From positions 1 through 64,000 of the forward strand of contig NKIB01009726.1 of assembly GCA_002256025.1 (NCBI GenBank): a DNA stretch of 64,000 nucleotides. Reading direction: 5' to 3'. The translations under genes were made by a program, and so were the position numbers. Under the pieces are notes generated by a model, which had not been told where the DNA came from, searched no databases, and was given only the letters and a program-made list of their open reading frames with translations. Positions 1 to 12,099 of this stretch are shown here, one piece after another. This stretch comes from Asterionella formosa. Lineage: Eukaryota. Every line of letters starts with the position of its first letter. The stretch's first letter is position 1.

Positions 1-2
1 AC

Positions 3-605
3 AGAACCTTTATTACACCTGACCAGCTCAACCTGCAAGAAGGACTTTCAGGAACTCTTACAAATCAAATTGTTGAATACATAAACAGAGAAGATGTGCG
101 AAATGGTAATGATGCAGCAGAACATGCCAGGAAAAGAAAACAAACAGCACAAGCAGCAATCGACACAAACAAAAGAATGACCACAGGACTGCATTTTGCT
201 GTTGGAAACACTTGTCTAGGACCACCGCTTTTTGAGCATATGCTGGAAATCAAACACCGGCATGAAATCCAGGAACAAAACAAGAAGCAGAAATTGAATC
301 AACGGTTTTTTGAATTGTCACAGAAGGTACAGGCCATCAGAGAGACTGGAAAGGAAGCTGGAAGCTACAACGTAGCTGAACTGAAAACAGTGGTGACATG
401 GTACAAGCGCAACGGCGATGCGCCGCTTCCAATAAACAGACAGAACTTGTTGGCAAGATATTTGGAGACTTGTTGCCGTGGAGAAAAGGATTCTCCATAT
501 CCAATTCGGCCTGTTGATGTTTTGCTTGTGGGAGGGCAGGAGCTTAGTAGGGATGAGGGCGATATTGCAGTGGTGTTGATAGGCGCAAGCATTTCATGTG
601 GCTGA
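3..605 (+). mobile_element. 3' end of a probable DDE (pogo/Tc5-like) transposase ORF; open at the window start
   Basis: The frame is open from nt 3 (RTFITPDQLNLQEGLSGTL...). A basic coiled-coil followed by ELKTVVTWYKRNGDAPLP resembles C-terminal tails of diatom DDE transposases as I recall them. No catalytic core is in the window. Confidence 0.45.
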
Positions 606-736
606 ATGCATTTGCGTGTGATAGTGATATAAATACTGGATGCGAAAATTCTTAAAAATAATTTTGCGAAAACCAAACGGGGTAATCCGTGATCATAATG
701 GTATATAAAATTATATACAATTATAGATAAAAATTT

Positions 737-949
737 AAGTACTGCTGTGACCCATTACCGGCAAATTTTGTCCACATTAAAGGGTTCGTATCTCAGTACC
801 TCGACCTTCAATGAGAATACCGACAGATCCACAATCTGCTGACTCCTTTGGTTAACAAGACCTGGAAGTTTGATTCTCGCAAGGCATGGAAAAGGTGTAG
901 TCGAACTAATCAAACGAATAGGAGAACTCAGTGGGTCACAGCAGTTCTT
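737..949. repeat. MITE-like segment bounded by inverted repeats
   Basis: ACTGCTGTGACCCA (741-754) and TGGGTCACAGCAGT (932-945) are perfect reverse complements. The match extends to 18/20 over 737-756 / 930-949. Confidence 0.55.
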
Positions 950-1110
950 TACTGGTAGTCGTGTGCCGGAATTTTTAGTCCAAAAATCCAAAAAATTCCA
1001 TTGTCAGTGCCCACTTCAACATTAAGAATATGATGATGCATCATGGAATTATGAAAGTTTTTATTTGCAGACGTAATGGTAGATCATCCACCAGGTCATG
1101 TGCAATTAGC

Positions 1111-2585
1111 AGTAACTATTGGCAGTGTCCTCTCCCTCTTGTCATATTTGTTCAAGTCACACTTGTAGCCTCAGAAATTTGTCGTTACGAAATTGTTAGC
1201 AAGACTGCACCAGATTTTTTTGTGTAGATTGTAGGTTCTGTTGGTAAAAAGAGGAAGCAAGTCATGGCTGCGCCAGGATTTTTGACCCTCTGAATTCATA
1301 AAAACACCAACATTCAACACCACTGTGAACAATTTATTTTCAACATGGGGACGACCCTTACAACTAGCATCCCTCTTCCAGATTTTCAGCTGCCTTAGTA
1401 CTATAAACAAATATTTTATCAGCTCACATATGGGTTGTTGCACCAACAAAAGGTGGGATGATGCAACATTGAGATCGTCCACAATGGATGCCTTTAAGGT
1501 AATATTTTTTCTTGCTATTTTTGCTATCATATTACCAAGCGAGTGATAATTCATAATGATATGCTGCTGTTCTCAACATTTATTTGACATTTGAACAGGC
1601 CTTTTCAGAAAAGGAGTGTTCTTTGGAAAGCAGGAGTGAAAGAAGGTGAAATGATGCAATATGGAGACCCGCAATGGAAGATTTTACTAAGGTAAGCTTA
1701 ATCCTCAGTTTTTGTCATCACATCAGCAAAGCGAGCGATAAATCACACGCTTTTGTTATTGTTCTCTACATTTATTTTACACTTTAGCCGTCCATTTCAC
1801 AACAGGAGCATTCTTTTGAATGCATCAGTGAGTTGCGGTGCTGCCTGGTGGGTAATGCTGGTGTCTTGCTGTCAATTTGAGGACTGCTCCGTGAAACAGT
1901 TGAATAGCACATGTGTGTGTTGCTTTATGCCGTTGCTAGTTCTATTAAATGAATTACTGGCACACTGTTGTTATGTAAATCTTTGCAGGTCAATGAAATA
2001 GTCATTTCAAGGACAAGAAGGAAGCCAGTGTGATGCATTCCTGTTGCAATTTCGCACCATGATACCTCTTCAAGAATGAATAATTTTTCATTCAGAATGA
2101 ACGGATTCTGTTTGTCTTGCATTTTCCTTACAGACGTCTCACAATGCTTGCCTTCTCAAGACTGAAGATGCCATTCTGAAAGAACTGCTTTGTTTGATTG
2201 CATATCAAGATTTGTTTCCCATGTAATGTGAAATACCGGTAGTTGAATTAGTAATCAACATATTTGATAGTACTTTTAAATTACGTAAACCAATTTAATA
2301 CCCTACGTGAACTATATTTTAGAATTACGTGAACAAAATTATAAGGCAATGTGAACTAAATTACAGAACAAATTGAAGTATTTCAAATAATTACGTGAAG
2401 GTGATCACGAAATATAGTGATGATCAGGAATGCATGCATGATACTCTGATAAAATAATTAACGTGATGTATTCAGATAATATATAGATATATTCAAGTAA
2501 GCATTTTGATGTATTCAACTAATTCATGTGATCCATTCAAAATCAACTAGGCTTATTTACGTGATGGTCACTTCACGTCATACGC
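1111..2585 (+). repeat. Dispersed repeat family, copy A (degenerate, probably transposon-derived)
   Basis: Reverse-complement similarity to 33367-34729 throughout, e.g. GTCATGGCTGCGCCAGGATTTTTGACCCTCTGAATTCATAAA vs TTTATGAATTCAGAGGGTCAAAAATCCTGGCGCAGCCATGAC. Confidence 0.9.
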
Positions 2586-3879
2586 AGCTTAGATGTGGTG
2601 AGGTATTAATGTGATCAAAGTAAAGATAAAATGGGAGCGAATTAACAGAATTAATGCTAGTTGGAGTAAAGAATATTTCTGAACGGAAATACTGCGAATT
2701 GTAGAGAAAAGTAGCGTATTATAGAGATTATTACTGAACAAATTTTTCTTCGTGTCACCCGATAATATTGTCAGTTGGCCCCAAAAATTATGTGGGTTTC
2801 TAAAATAATTATTGAAGTTGTCGAAACTATTTTAGTTCACTTCGTTCATATATATTGTATGATGAATCATTTTTTAATGTTATGTCATACCCTTAAATTA
2901 TGTATGTAGCTGAATTCGTCATAATGGGCCACCCAAATAATTAATTTGGGTGATCATACTATTTGACTAGCTTTTTTTTCTCTGGCAGCTGTACCAGTAA
3001 TCGGCGTTGTAGATGTTGTTTTGTTTCTGTATCCGGCGATTTTAAAGTGCTTTTGATGACTTTTTGTTGTACCCCATCATGTCTCGAAGATCAAGAGTCT
3101 TTAATCAATTCTTAATGACGAGTGTAATTGTTATCACCTTGCTTTGTTTTGTTTCTGCATCCGGCAATTTTAAAGTGAACGCAAATACGACAAAGCTGTT
3201 GTAGCAATATCTGTTGAATGAGCATGTCTTTTATCGTCATCAAAGACCCTTTGTGGTCAATGAAAAAATCAGCAGGAATGATACATGCAACCCACTGGTC
3301 ATCCTGGTTCCTTGCTGCAGAGTAAGTTTCATTGTCTGAAGATTCAAATGATGCCATTGCACAAGTTTTTTACAAGTGGTGAAAAGCATTATTCCATGAG
3401 TAGCTAGAGATAATAATAATTGCTGCTGAGAATCTTTCCTCCCAAAATTCATTCCTGTTGTTGCCGTTAGAGATAAAAATGGTGTCTTTGTTGATTAATT
3501 TATTAACATGACATAAATTAAATTTATTAAATTATTGTTGCTTGATGCTGTATCTGCAGCGATACACACAGATACACATTTCGGAGCAACAAAAAATGTG
3601 TTGAACATATCTCCCGGATAAGTGAGATACAAAAAATTGGGCCGAGCAGCATTTTTTTGATTTTAATCTCTGTTAAGATTGGCCCTTTTTTAGGGACATG
3701 ATTGCCATGCATGGGGTCTTTGACACCAACATGTAACATCCGGACATCATCCCTGATTGAATACGACCACCATTGCCTTTCAAATTTGAGGATAGCAATA
3801 AGTTACAATGCTTTCCTCATAGCTACAAACGGTTGACGTTTGATATCGACAGTGTAACAAGGAAAAATTGCGAATCCAA

Positions 3880-5520
3880 ATGTTTCGAAGGTACGTTGAT
3901 TGCGAGAAACACATCATCCAGGTTCACCTTTCCTCGCTCAAGCAGCTTTTAAATCTTACATGTATTCTTTTCAGACGAAGGAATCAACAGGACGAAGAGT
4001 CCGACCCCAGAAACACGAATAGTGTTGTTCCGGGAACGGGGCAATCTAGGGGAAGATTATTGGTCCGCCTTAACAGAGCGCTGAAGCTAAACACCGAACA
4101 TCAACAAGTTTCCGCTGGCGGAACTTGGTCGCAACTCAGAGCTTTAAATCGTTTGATGCAACGAGAAGCCGAGGACGAAGCTTCTCGTGCACATGTTGAT
4201 ATGCAGATACTTGAGCTTGTGCAGAAGAATCCAGAATTAGCAACGTGTAGATTCAAAATTGATGATTACGAAGAATACCTTATTCATCAAATCATATGCA
4301 AACAACCTTCTGTCGAACTAGTCGTTTACATCTATCAACAAAACCCTGATGCTGTGAAAGTTGCTGGTTATGGTGGATACTCGCTACTGCACCACGCCTG
4401 CTGGTGCCATGCCTCATTGGAAGTAATTCAGTTTCTGGTCACCGTTGACGAACATGCCATTCGAGCGGGACCGTTTCCGCCACTTTTTTGTGCCGTCGAT
4501 AAGGAAACAACTTTTGACGTGATGGAATTTTTGGTCAAGAGCTACCCAGGAGCGCTATGCACTTCGGATATCTCTTCTGTTACTCCCTTAGATATTGCAC
4601 TAATGGATGAATTGCCATTCAATGTGATCGCTTTATTCTTTCAATACTTTCCAAATTCTGAGTTAAGGGTAACAGAAAAAGGAGGATCAAGTGAATTACA
4701 ATCAGAAGTTGCACACATTTTTGCGTCGGACCATGAAATTGTTAGAACGATTGACGCATCATTCATGAAATTTACTGCAGATGCTCAAGCTGCATTTTTC
4801 GAACGCTTGGCTTCAAATAAAACCCTAATAGAGATCGTATTAAATTTGACAGACGTGAAGGTCAATGAAAAAGTTTGCGAAGCCTTTCACCAGTTTTTGA
4901 AACAGAATAATTCCATCAAGAAATTCTCCGTATGCGGAGGTCCTATGAACGAAGCACTGGCGGACTCAATGGTGGGGGGCATTCATTCAAACCAGACGAT
5001 CTCAGACCTCGTCATTGAAGGAGGCTTGTCCAAAGGTGGTGTAGAAAGTCTTTTGGCGGGATCCTCGGCAACTACGAATCTTGAGAAACTCTCGCTGAAA
5101 TATACAGTCGTTCATGATGCTGATTGGAGCGGGCTTTCTTCATTCATTTCGCTGCAAAGTTTGGATCTTTCAAATTGTCAAATTGGACCGCCTTTGGCGA
5201 AACCACTTGCCGTTCTTCTGAAAACAACGGAGGTACTGGAAGAATTGTTTGTAGGTCGCAACAATATAGGTGACGAGGGAACAGTGGTAATCGCAAAAGC
5301 TCTGCAAGTTAATAACACATTGCGAAAACTCGAATATGAGAAGAACGACATTGGTGAACGGGGCTGGGAAGCACTCGCTGAGGCATTAGGAGAATTTAAC
5401 GTCTGTCTCCGATTTATTCGCTTCGCCGCTGAAGACCAATTCTACGACAAGCACTACGCCCAGCTAGTCTATTTTTGCGACCAAAACGGATTCGGTCGAC
5501 AGATTTTGACAAACCGTTGA
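3880..5520 (+). CDS. Ankyrin-like N-terminus plus RNI/NLRC3-type leucine-rich repeat protein; intron 3891-3974
   Basis: ATG at 3880 and an in-frame 84-nt GTACG...TTCAG intron. SLLHHACW and TPLDIAL are ankyrin-like. LQSLDLSNCQIG, LFVGRNNIGDEG and LEYEKNDIGERG are RNI-type LRRs. Confidence 0.85.
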   Translation: MFRRYVDCEKHIIQVHLSSLKQLLNLTCILFRRRNQQDEESDPRNTNSVVPGTGQSRGRLLVRLNRALKLNTEHQQVSAGGTWSQLRALNRLMQREAEDEASRAHVDMQILELVQKNPELATCRFKIDDYEEYLIHQIICKQPSVELVVYIYQQNPDAVKVAGYGGYSLLHHACWCHASLEVIQFLVTVDEHAIRAGPFPPLFCAVDKETTFDVMEFLVKSYPGALCTSDISSVTPLDIALMDELPFNVIALFFQYFPNSELRVTEKGGSSELQSEVAHIFASDHEIVRTIDASFMKFTADAQAAFFERLASNKTLIEIVLNLTDVKVNEKVCEAFHQFLKQNNSIKKFSVCGGPMNEALADSMVGGIHSNQTISDLVIEGGLSKGGVESLLAGSSATTNLEKLSLKYTVVHDADWSGLSSFISLQSLDLSNCQIGPPLAKPLAVLLKTTEVLEELFVGRNNIGDEGTVVIAKALQVNNTLRKLEYEKNDIGERGWEALAEALGEFNVCLRFIRFAAEDQFYDKHYAQLVYFCDQNGFGRQILTNR

Positions 5521-6157
5521 ATTTGAACAACGGCGTAGAGAACTATGAAACCGACAACGTCGTTGCGTCTATTCCTGCTGGCGAGTCAACGGCGGAGTCA
5601 GACGAATCTGTATCTAGTCTACAGATGATAAGCTATACAGATGAGGCAGAGTCAAGTGCGGAGTTTTTCGAATTCAAAGAAATTTCGAAAGTTGGAGGGG
5701 ACAATGAGGATGACTTGGAAGAGGAGACAATTGAATGGAGCTGATGGAGGTGTCAGAGCCTTGGTCCTCAAAAATCAGGCAACACAATCGAGCGACATGA
5801 TCCGTCAACGTGAATTCGTCGATGACCATGAATGCACATCCCATTAATATTATTTGCTTCTTATTATAGATGTGCGTTGTATTACTCATTTATAGTTCCT
5901 CTGAGGTAGTATAGGAGCGGTAGTGCTGTCGTGGATGTAATGGCCAGGAGATCAAAAGGCTAGTACATTACGTTACAAGGTTATGCTTCTATTGTTGAGT
6001 GCTTGACGTAATACACTAAACCACTGTTGCTTCCGTCCAATGGGTGACCCTGGTGGAGAATTCCACCCAAAGCACCATGGCAAGGGACCGAAGATAGAAT
6101 GAATTGCGTGTTCGCTTGTTGTGATAACATCATGTACATGCATGTTTAAAATCGCAA

Positions 6158-7339
6158 TCATGAACCTAAGAAGTACCCACATGTTTTTAACGTGAATTCG
6201 GCATTATCTGGGCAAAACTCGTTCCGAAACGCTTCCATTTGATCAACGAAGTACTGAAACAAAGTGACTGGGCAATTAAAATGTGCCATGCAACCAAGGA
6301 TCCAGATCCATCTCTCCATTCCACTTTCTCCAAAACGCTTCCTACAATCTTCCCAACTAAAGTCGTTGACTCCCATATATGTCAGTGCATTATGATACTC
6401 TTCAAGCGCAGCATGGACCTTGGGGTAGAGCTCTCTGGGTAGGTCGCTCACACAAGGTTGTGCCAGATCCGCAGTTGGTTCCCAAGGTCCAACTTCTGAC
6501 CAGTCAAATACCTTGAGTCCCTGGAGTAAGCCATTGGCTGACCTGTCATCGCCTAGCACCAGCATCATATTCGCAGCGTGGTAATCGCCATGTGTCAGTG
6601 TCCAAGGTGCAGTCTTGCAATGTTCCAGGACCAGATCAAATTTGGAGTTGGCATAGCTTTGATCTATGATCTCTTTGAAGCCTTCTGGAAATTTTATTTC
6701 TGATTTTTCCTTGAGCTTGGCCCATCCTTTCTCAGACGCGCTCATACTTAGTTCCCATTCCCAGCGACCTCGGCCTTGGAAGAAAGTTGCATTTCTCATC
6801 CAACGCTCTTTCAAAATGGACGGATCCTTCCAAAATTGGGCATGCAATCCAGCTGCATGCAAATACATGGCTTTCAACAGTTCAATTTTGTCAACATTCG
6901 GTGAGTTCTTTGGTGGGCCCCAAATTTGGTTGCCCATTAAATGATTTACTGGAACAGCACCTCGTAAGTCCTCCATGAGAACTACCATCTCTCCCATACA
7001 CCTTGAGCCATGAGTGTAATAAGGCTTTGGGATTCTCCCTAAATCCTTCAACCTAGAGGAAAAAGTGCTGTTATAAAATAGCGCTTCTCGGACTCCTCCA
7101 GTTCCAAACATGATTTGTTTTCTGGCAGTCGGCGTTGCTTGGGAGGTTTTCAAGATGAGCGACGTTTCCAGATCGGAATCAAACTCCACGTTAACGCGCA
7201 ACATACTCCCAACGAATCCTCGATTCTCCGTGAGCGCATCGATGTGAACGAACGTTACGTTCTGATCAACAAAGACAGTCGATAAAAACTCCTTGGTAAC
7301 GATGCGGGTCCCTGGAGTGGGGGGTTGCGAGATCTCCAT
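6158..7339 (-). CDS. Aminoglycoside phosphotransferase / EcKinase-like (choline kinase superfamily) protein
   Basis: Intronless ORF with Brenner motif LTHGDYHAANMM and VFDWSE. Likely start is ATG 7339 (MEISQPP). Confidence 0.85.
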   Translation of the reverse strand: MEISQPPTPGTRIVTKEFLSTVFVDQNVTFVHIDALTENRGFVGSMLRVNVEFDSDLETSLILKTSQATPTARKQIMFGTGGVREALFYNSTFSSRLKDLGRIPKPYYTHGSRCMGEMVVLMEDLRGAVPVNHLMGNQIWGPPKNSPNVDKIELLKAMYLHAAGLHAQFWKDPSILKERWMRNATFFQGRGRWEWELSMSASEKGWAKLKEKSEIKFPEGFKEIIDQSYANSKFDLVLEHCKTAPWTLTHGDYHAANMMLVLGDDRSANGLLQGLKVFDWSEVGPWEPTADLAQPCVSDLPRELYPKVHAALEEYHNALTYMGVNDFSWEDCRKRFGESGMERWIWILGCMAHFNCPVTLFQYFVDQMEAFRNEFCPDNAEFTLKTCGYFLGS

Positions 7340-8317
7340 AATGTAACAAAAGCGGTACAGTAAATCTCGTAATTGGAGTATGCGATGAACCATGATGGCC
7401 ATGACATCCAAGTATACGAGAAAGGTAGCCTTTATCATGGTTAAGCACAAGGATAACAATTAAGGTCGTTGATTTAGTCTTCCCGTCGGTTGTGATTGTG
7501 GGTCGTGTTCCCATTTAATTAACAGGATGTAGACCGCCGGTACATATACGCACCTGGCAATGCTCCTTGTAGGAGAAGCTGCTGTAATGGTGCATTATGA
7601 TAGAGTACATGTCAACAAAGAAGCAAGTAAATCATTATCGTCTTAGAAAACCAATACTTGTGAATACCGGGAGAGTTAGTGCATAAAAAGTACCAGGTAC
7701 CAGTACTGTAATAAAAATTAAAACATCATACCGGTACTATGCATCATATCCATGATAATTGTGTATGAATTATATCAGTGGGGAAATTTATGGACGATAC
7801 ATAATTACTATATAGATAGCGGTACATGAGCAATAGTAACCTACATTCTTTTACCGGTATGTCTGTCATGTGATGTACATAGAAATATATGTATATACAA
7901 CGGTACACTATACTATTATTCCATAATTCCATACGGATGGCTGCACAAAAAAGCATTGTACATATATGTACACGCAGAGAGATGTCAGGTAAGATAGGTA
8001 CCAGGTGTCTCGTACAGAAACAGTCTCAATAGAGTTCTTCTATAATTCTGATGACGATGAGATAGTAACGTACCCTGGTACCATGGGGCACTTGACACCA
8101 GGTACCTGCTACATACCGGTACTTGTATCACTTCGGTTTGCATGTCATGACTCTGTCACACTGATTGTTGCCTGTCAACAGCAGCTTGTTCTACCGTCAC
8201 TCGTCCCCTGTCACAAACACGAAACGATGTGTGAGGTGAATTACTAACTGCTGATGCTGCTGATTTGGCTGGTGGTTGTCACGTCCCCCACATAACAAAG
8301 GAAATCAAAATAGAACT

Positions 8318-9907
8318 ATGAAAGAGTTTGCAAGCTGGTTGCCATGGCCATCGTTTAGCGGAGTAACGGAACGAAACGACACACAAACGCGAAGGCTGAC
8401 GAATCAAATGCGAGAAGACAAACCGGGCAAATGGAAACTGAAAGAACTTGAAAGCCTTCATCCATTATTCCAACAGGATCGCATTCAATTCAACCGACTT
8501 GTCGCCAAATTCCTCCAAGAACATCCTGATTTTGCCAGAGAGCCACATTTCTTTGTTCCATATCTTGAGGAGTACCTGTTGTTCCGTATGCTTTGCTACA
8601 AGCCTCCGTTTCATCTCGTACAGCTAGTCTATAGCCTGTATCCTCCCGCCTTGTACGAACCAAACGCATATCACAGGTCAGCTCTTCACCGTGCATGCCA
8701 GTTTCAGGCTAGCACTGCAGTAATACAATGGTTGCTGGATAAGCAACCGGAAGCACCTATGATTGAGCCTAGCCCTTTATTTCTTTCGATACATCCTGGG
8801 ACACACCCTGATTCCATTGAACTATTAATCAAGGCATATCCTACTGCTCTGGTAACCTCATACGATGGAGACTACACAGCACTGGACCAAGCCTTCAATG
8901 AAGGTCTGGCACCATCTGTAGTCAGCACAATGATTCAACACTACCCAAAGTCAGTGCTAGATCTGAACATGATTTCTGGTTCACCCATGATTTCCCCCGA
9001 GGTTGCTATAATCCTTACCTCCAATCACCCAAAAATTAGAGTTTTGAATATTTCTCACATGCGACTGTCTCAAGCCGCTTTTGAATGGGCATGGATTAAA
9101 TTGGCTTCAAACACAACACTGTTGGAATTCATTCAAGATATATCGTCGATAGAAAGAAATTCCCAGTCCCTTTCTGAATCGTTGCAATGTATGCTCGCTA
9201 CCAACACTCACATGAAGAAATTATCATTTGTAAACGGGATCAAAAGCCATGCCTTGGGTTTGGCAGTGTTGGAGGGACTGGCTCAGAACGATTCACTCCA
9301 AGACCTTTGTTTTCACCAAGGCCTCAATGAAAGTAGCGTGCATTCTTTGATTGACCTTGTCTCCCACAAGCCAAATATTTCGACGTTTACTTTGACCGAA
9401 ACTAGTATTGGCACATCAACTGCAATATCATCACTTGTGCATTTGCAATATCTAGATCTATCGAATTGCGACGCTGGTCCACCACTTGCAGCACCACTGG
9501 CTGCATTACTTGAAGCATCAAACAATCTTCGTGTCCTTCGAGTGGCAAACAATCGCATTTCTTCGGAAGGGACAATCATTATTGCAAACGCATTAAAGAG
9601 AAATGCAAGTGTTGTTGAAATAGACTATCGAGGGAATAACATTGGTCAAAAGGGCTGGTTTGCCGTGGTGAAGGTGTTGCGAGATTCTAATTATACCATA
9701 CAAGAGTTTCGTCTCAGTGATCAGGAAGAAACTGTATTTGAAGACTACTATTGTTCATTGAACCGTGCAGGCCGTAAGCATGCAAGTGATGCAACAATAG
9801 AAGACTTTGTAGAGCTGCTTGTCAACACTCCAAGCTTTGATATGCAACATGGACTACTCCGGCATGTTCCACACATCTGGTGTAGTAATATATCGGAATT
9901 TCAGTAA
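8318..9907 (+). CDS. Ankyrin-like plus RNI-type LRR protein, paralogue of 3880-5520
   Basis: Shares EEYL, LHRAC, LDLSNCDAGPPLAAPLA and NNIGQKGW with the upstream gene. Ends in LNRAGR...LLRHVPHIW. Confidence 0.85.
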   Translation: MKEFASWLPWPSFSGVTERNDTQTRRLTNQMREDKPGKWKLKELESLHPLFQQDRIQFNRLVAKFLQEHPDFAREPHFFVPYLEEYLLFRMLCYKPPFHLVQLVYSLYPPALYEPNAYHRSALHRACQFQASTAVIQWLLDKQPEAPMIEPSPLFLSIHPGTHPDSIELLIKAYPTALVTSYDGDYTALDQAFNEGLAPSVVSTMIQHYPKSVLDLNMISGSPMISPEVAIILTSNHPKIRVLNISHMRLSQAAFEWAWIKLASNTTLLEFIQDISSIERNSQSLSESLQCMLATNTHMKKLSFVNGIKSHALGLAVLEGLAQNDSLQDLCFHQGLNESSVHSLIDLVSHKPNISTFTLTETSIGTSTAISSLVHLQYLDLSNCDAGPPLAAPLAALLEASNNLRVLRVANNRISSEGTIIIANALKRNASVVEIDYRGNNIGQKGWFAVVKVLRDSNYTIQEFRLSDQEETVFEDYYCSLNRAGRKHASDATIEDFVELLVNTPSFDMQHGLLRHVPHIWCSNISEFQ

Positions 9908-11850
9908 AGATGATGTGCTAATTTTTATCAATGTTATTTGTATCATTCCATACCCTAGTACACTCTAGTTTGGACCATGCATCCAGCCAATGCACAGCTA
10001 TTAGACTTTGCAGTGATGGCAACTGGTCTCAGCAACTAAAATTTTTACAACACACAAAGCTTATTAACAAAGAAATGCAGTGTTGGGAACAAATGGGCAG
10101 GGGGGAGGGGTCCTATTATATCACATCACCGCTCTTCTTTTGTGCTGAAAGGATGTGAATGCAGGAGCTTGCGAACATGTTTTGAATGCCAGACTGAAAT
10201 TTTTTTGCTAACCCCCTACTTTCTTCACGCTTTGGGCTGCGCTGACAAATTATGGTATGGTTCAGGTACAGTGGATTTGTAATTCACTCAAAAGTTGAGG
10301 AGACGTCTAGGCTAATAAGCTAGTAGCTACAGGGAGGCTTAATTCTTTACACAAAATCAATTTACTGTGACTTTTGTTTACTTCCTTTTGCTTGAGACAT
10401 TTGCAAATTGCCCAAAATGAGCCAGTATATTGGCATGCTTAGATACAATTTGAAAATTTGATATTCTCGAGGATCCTATGTAAAATAGCAAAACTGTGAT
10501 CATTGGTAGTTTGATATTTATCCATATTGCAGCTTCAAGTGGAAGGGGCAGTCCTAGTAAGCAAAGCGGCAAGGGCCGCCAATATGGCAAGTTTTATTGT
10601 TAGCCGCAGCTAAAGCAATGGATAAAACATATGATTTGAACTTAGTTTACATGACATGCCAATCATTGTTAAGAAAGGTTGTTCGGATTTATAAATAGGC
10701 AGTAAATGCTTACGTACTCATAGTGTTGCATTGTGCAACTCATTTAAATCACTCCGGAATATTTGTTGAGGCACAAAGCTTGCTGTCCATGTGAAATTGC
10801 GAAAATTGGATATTATCATGCTTACTCCATTGAGCTGGCTGCATCACCTTTTATATAAGGAAAACAGTAATATTCTTCATTACATAAAAAAATTAATGTA
10901 GTGTTATTTAGTATGGCTAGGATGATGTCATTTTGCTTTTGAAAATAGCTATTAGTTGTAGCGTAGTAAAGGGAAATTAATAAGCAACGCTTGTCTCCAT
11001 CACAACAAAACATATGCTGCCAGACACAGAGTATATAAATGAGTATTCCACTAATGTGAGCTTAAATTATACTTCACTGGACACCATACTCTCATTATCA
11101 CATCGAATATATATGCATATCTTGGCCAAAAGGTCAATATGTATGGATATCTTTGTATTTCATAACCTCAATATAAAATGACCAATGTGAGTGATGACTG
11201 CCTGTCGAATATTCAAATATCCCTTGCTACATCAGCCAGAAGAATGTGCTGATGATGAAACTGCAGAATCATGCTGTGTTGTGGTACATGAAATGTTAAT
11301 AAATAGGAAAAGAATGTTTCTTTCATGAGTGGCAGTGACATTAAGTTTGGTTGCAACTACCAGGATGCTGGAACAGAGGGAGTAAAAAATATACAACATT
11401 TCAAGTCGGCAGGGAGAGCAAGATGAAGTAAATAGCAGTGGTGCCATACCATGCATATTACTTGTACAGTAGGAAGCAATATCTTAATTTTTGTCAAGGG
11501 TTTCAAATGCAGCAACCTCAAGTGATAATTACCAGTAAACTACCAGTTGTATCACCGTACATATATATCGTAGGAAGAAAGCATCGGTTGGTCGACGGGC
11601 TTTGCCGGTACCTGGTACCAGGTACCTGGTACTACCTGTTATATCTACCTGTAGCTGCTTCCTGTTTTCTTCGAAGAACTTGGCCATGATGATGAAATGC
11701 ATTACCGGTATACTTTATCCCACCCGGTATGCATTCCTTTTTCTATCACATGTACAGAACCGCTGTATACATACAAGGTATATGATTAATCATTATAATA
11801 CTACTACTGTTACATACATTTCATTCTTCTTGTTGTGTTTTCCATCCATC

Positions 11851-12099
11851 ATGTCATCGTCAAATACGAAAAGCGAACCCAAGAAAGGAGTTAGTACCAG
11901 CACAAAGGAACCTCTGATTGAAGCTATCGAAGAAGATGACGAATTTGAAGAGTTTGATCCTGCCAAATGGGACGCACACGATGAAGATGCCGAAGATGCT
12001 CAACAGTGGCAGGACAACTGGGACGATGATGATATCGAAGATGACTTTACCAAAAATCTCAGAGCAGAGCTTCAGAGATCAAGTGGAGGGAGCAAGTAG
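11851..12099 (+). CDS. SEM1: 26S proteasome subunit SEM1/DSS1
   Basis: EEDDEFEEF and [22 protein letters not shown] are the DSS1/Sem1 signatures. ATG at 11851. Confidence 0.95.
   Translation: MSSSNTKSEPKKGVSTSTKEPLIEAIEEDDEFEEFDPAKWDAHDEDAEDAQQWQDNWDDDDIEDDFTKNLRAELQRSSGGSK

Noticed and set aside
5518..5526. Selenocysteine or stop readthrough of the LRR gene TGA
   Set aside because: A second in-frame TGA follows two codons later, so readthrough gives no extension.
11602..11850. N-terminal extension of the SEM1 ORF
   Set aside because: Non-ATG start running through the repeat array and AT-rich promoter. The recognisable protein starts at ATG 11851.
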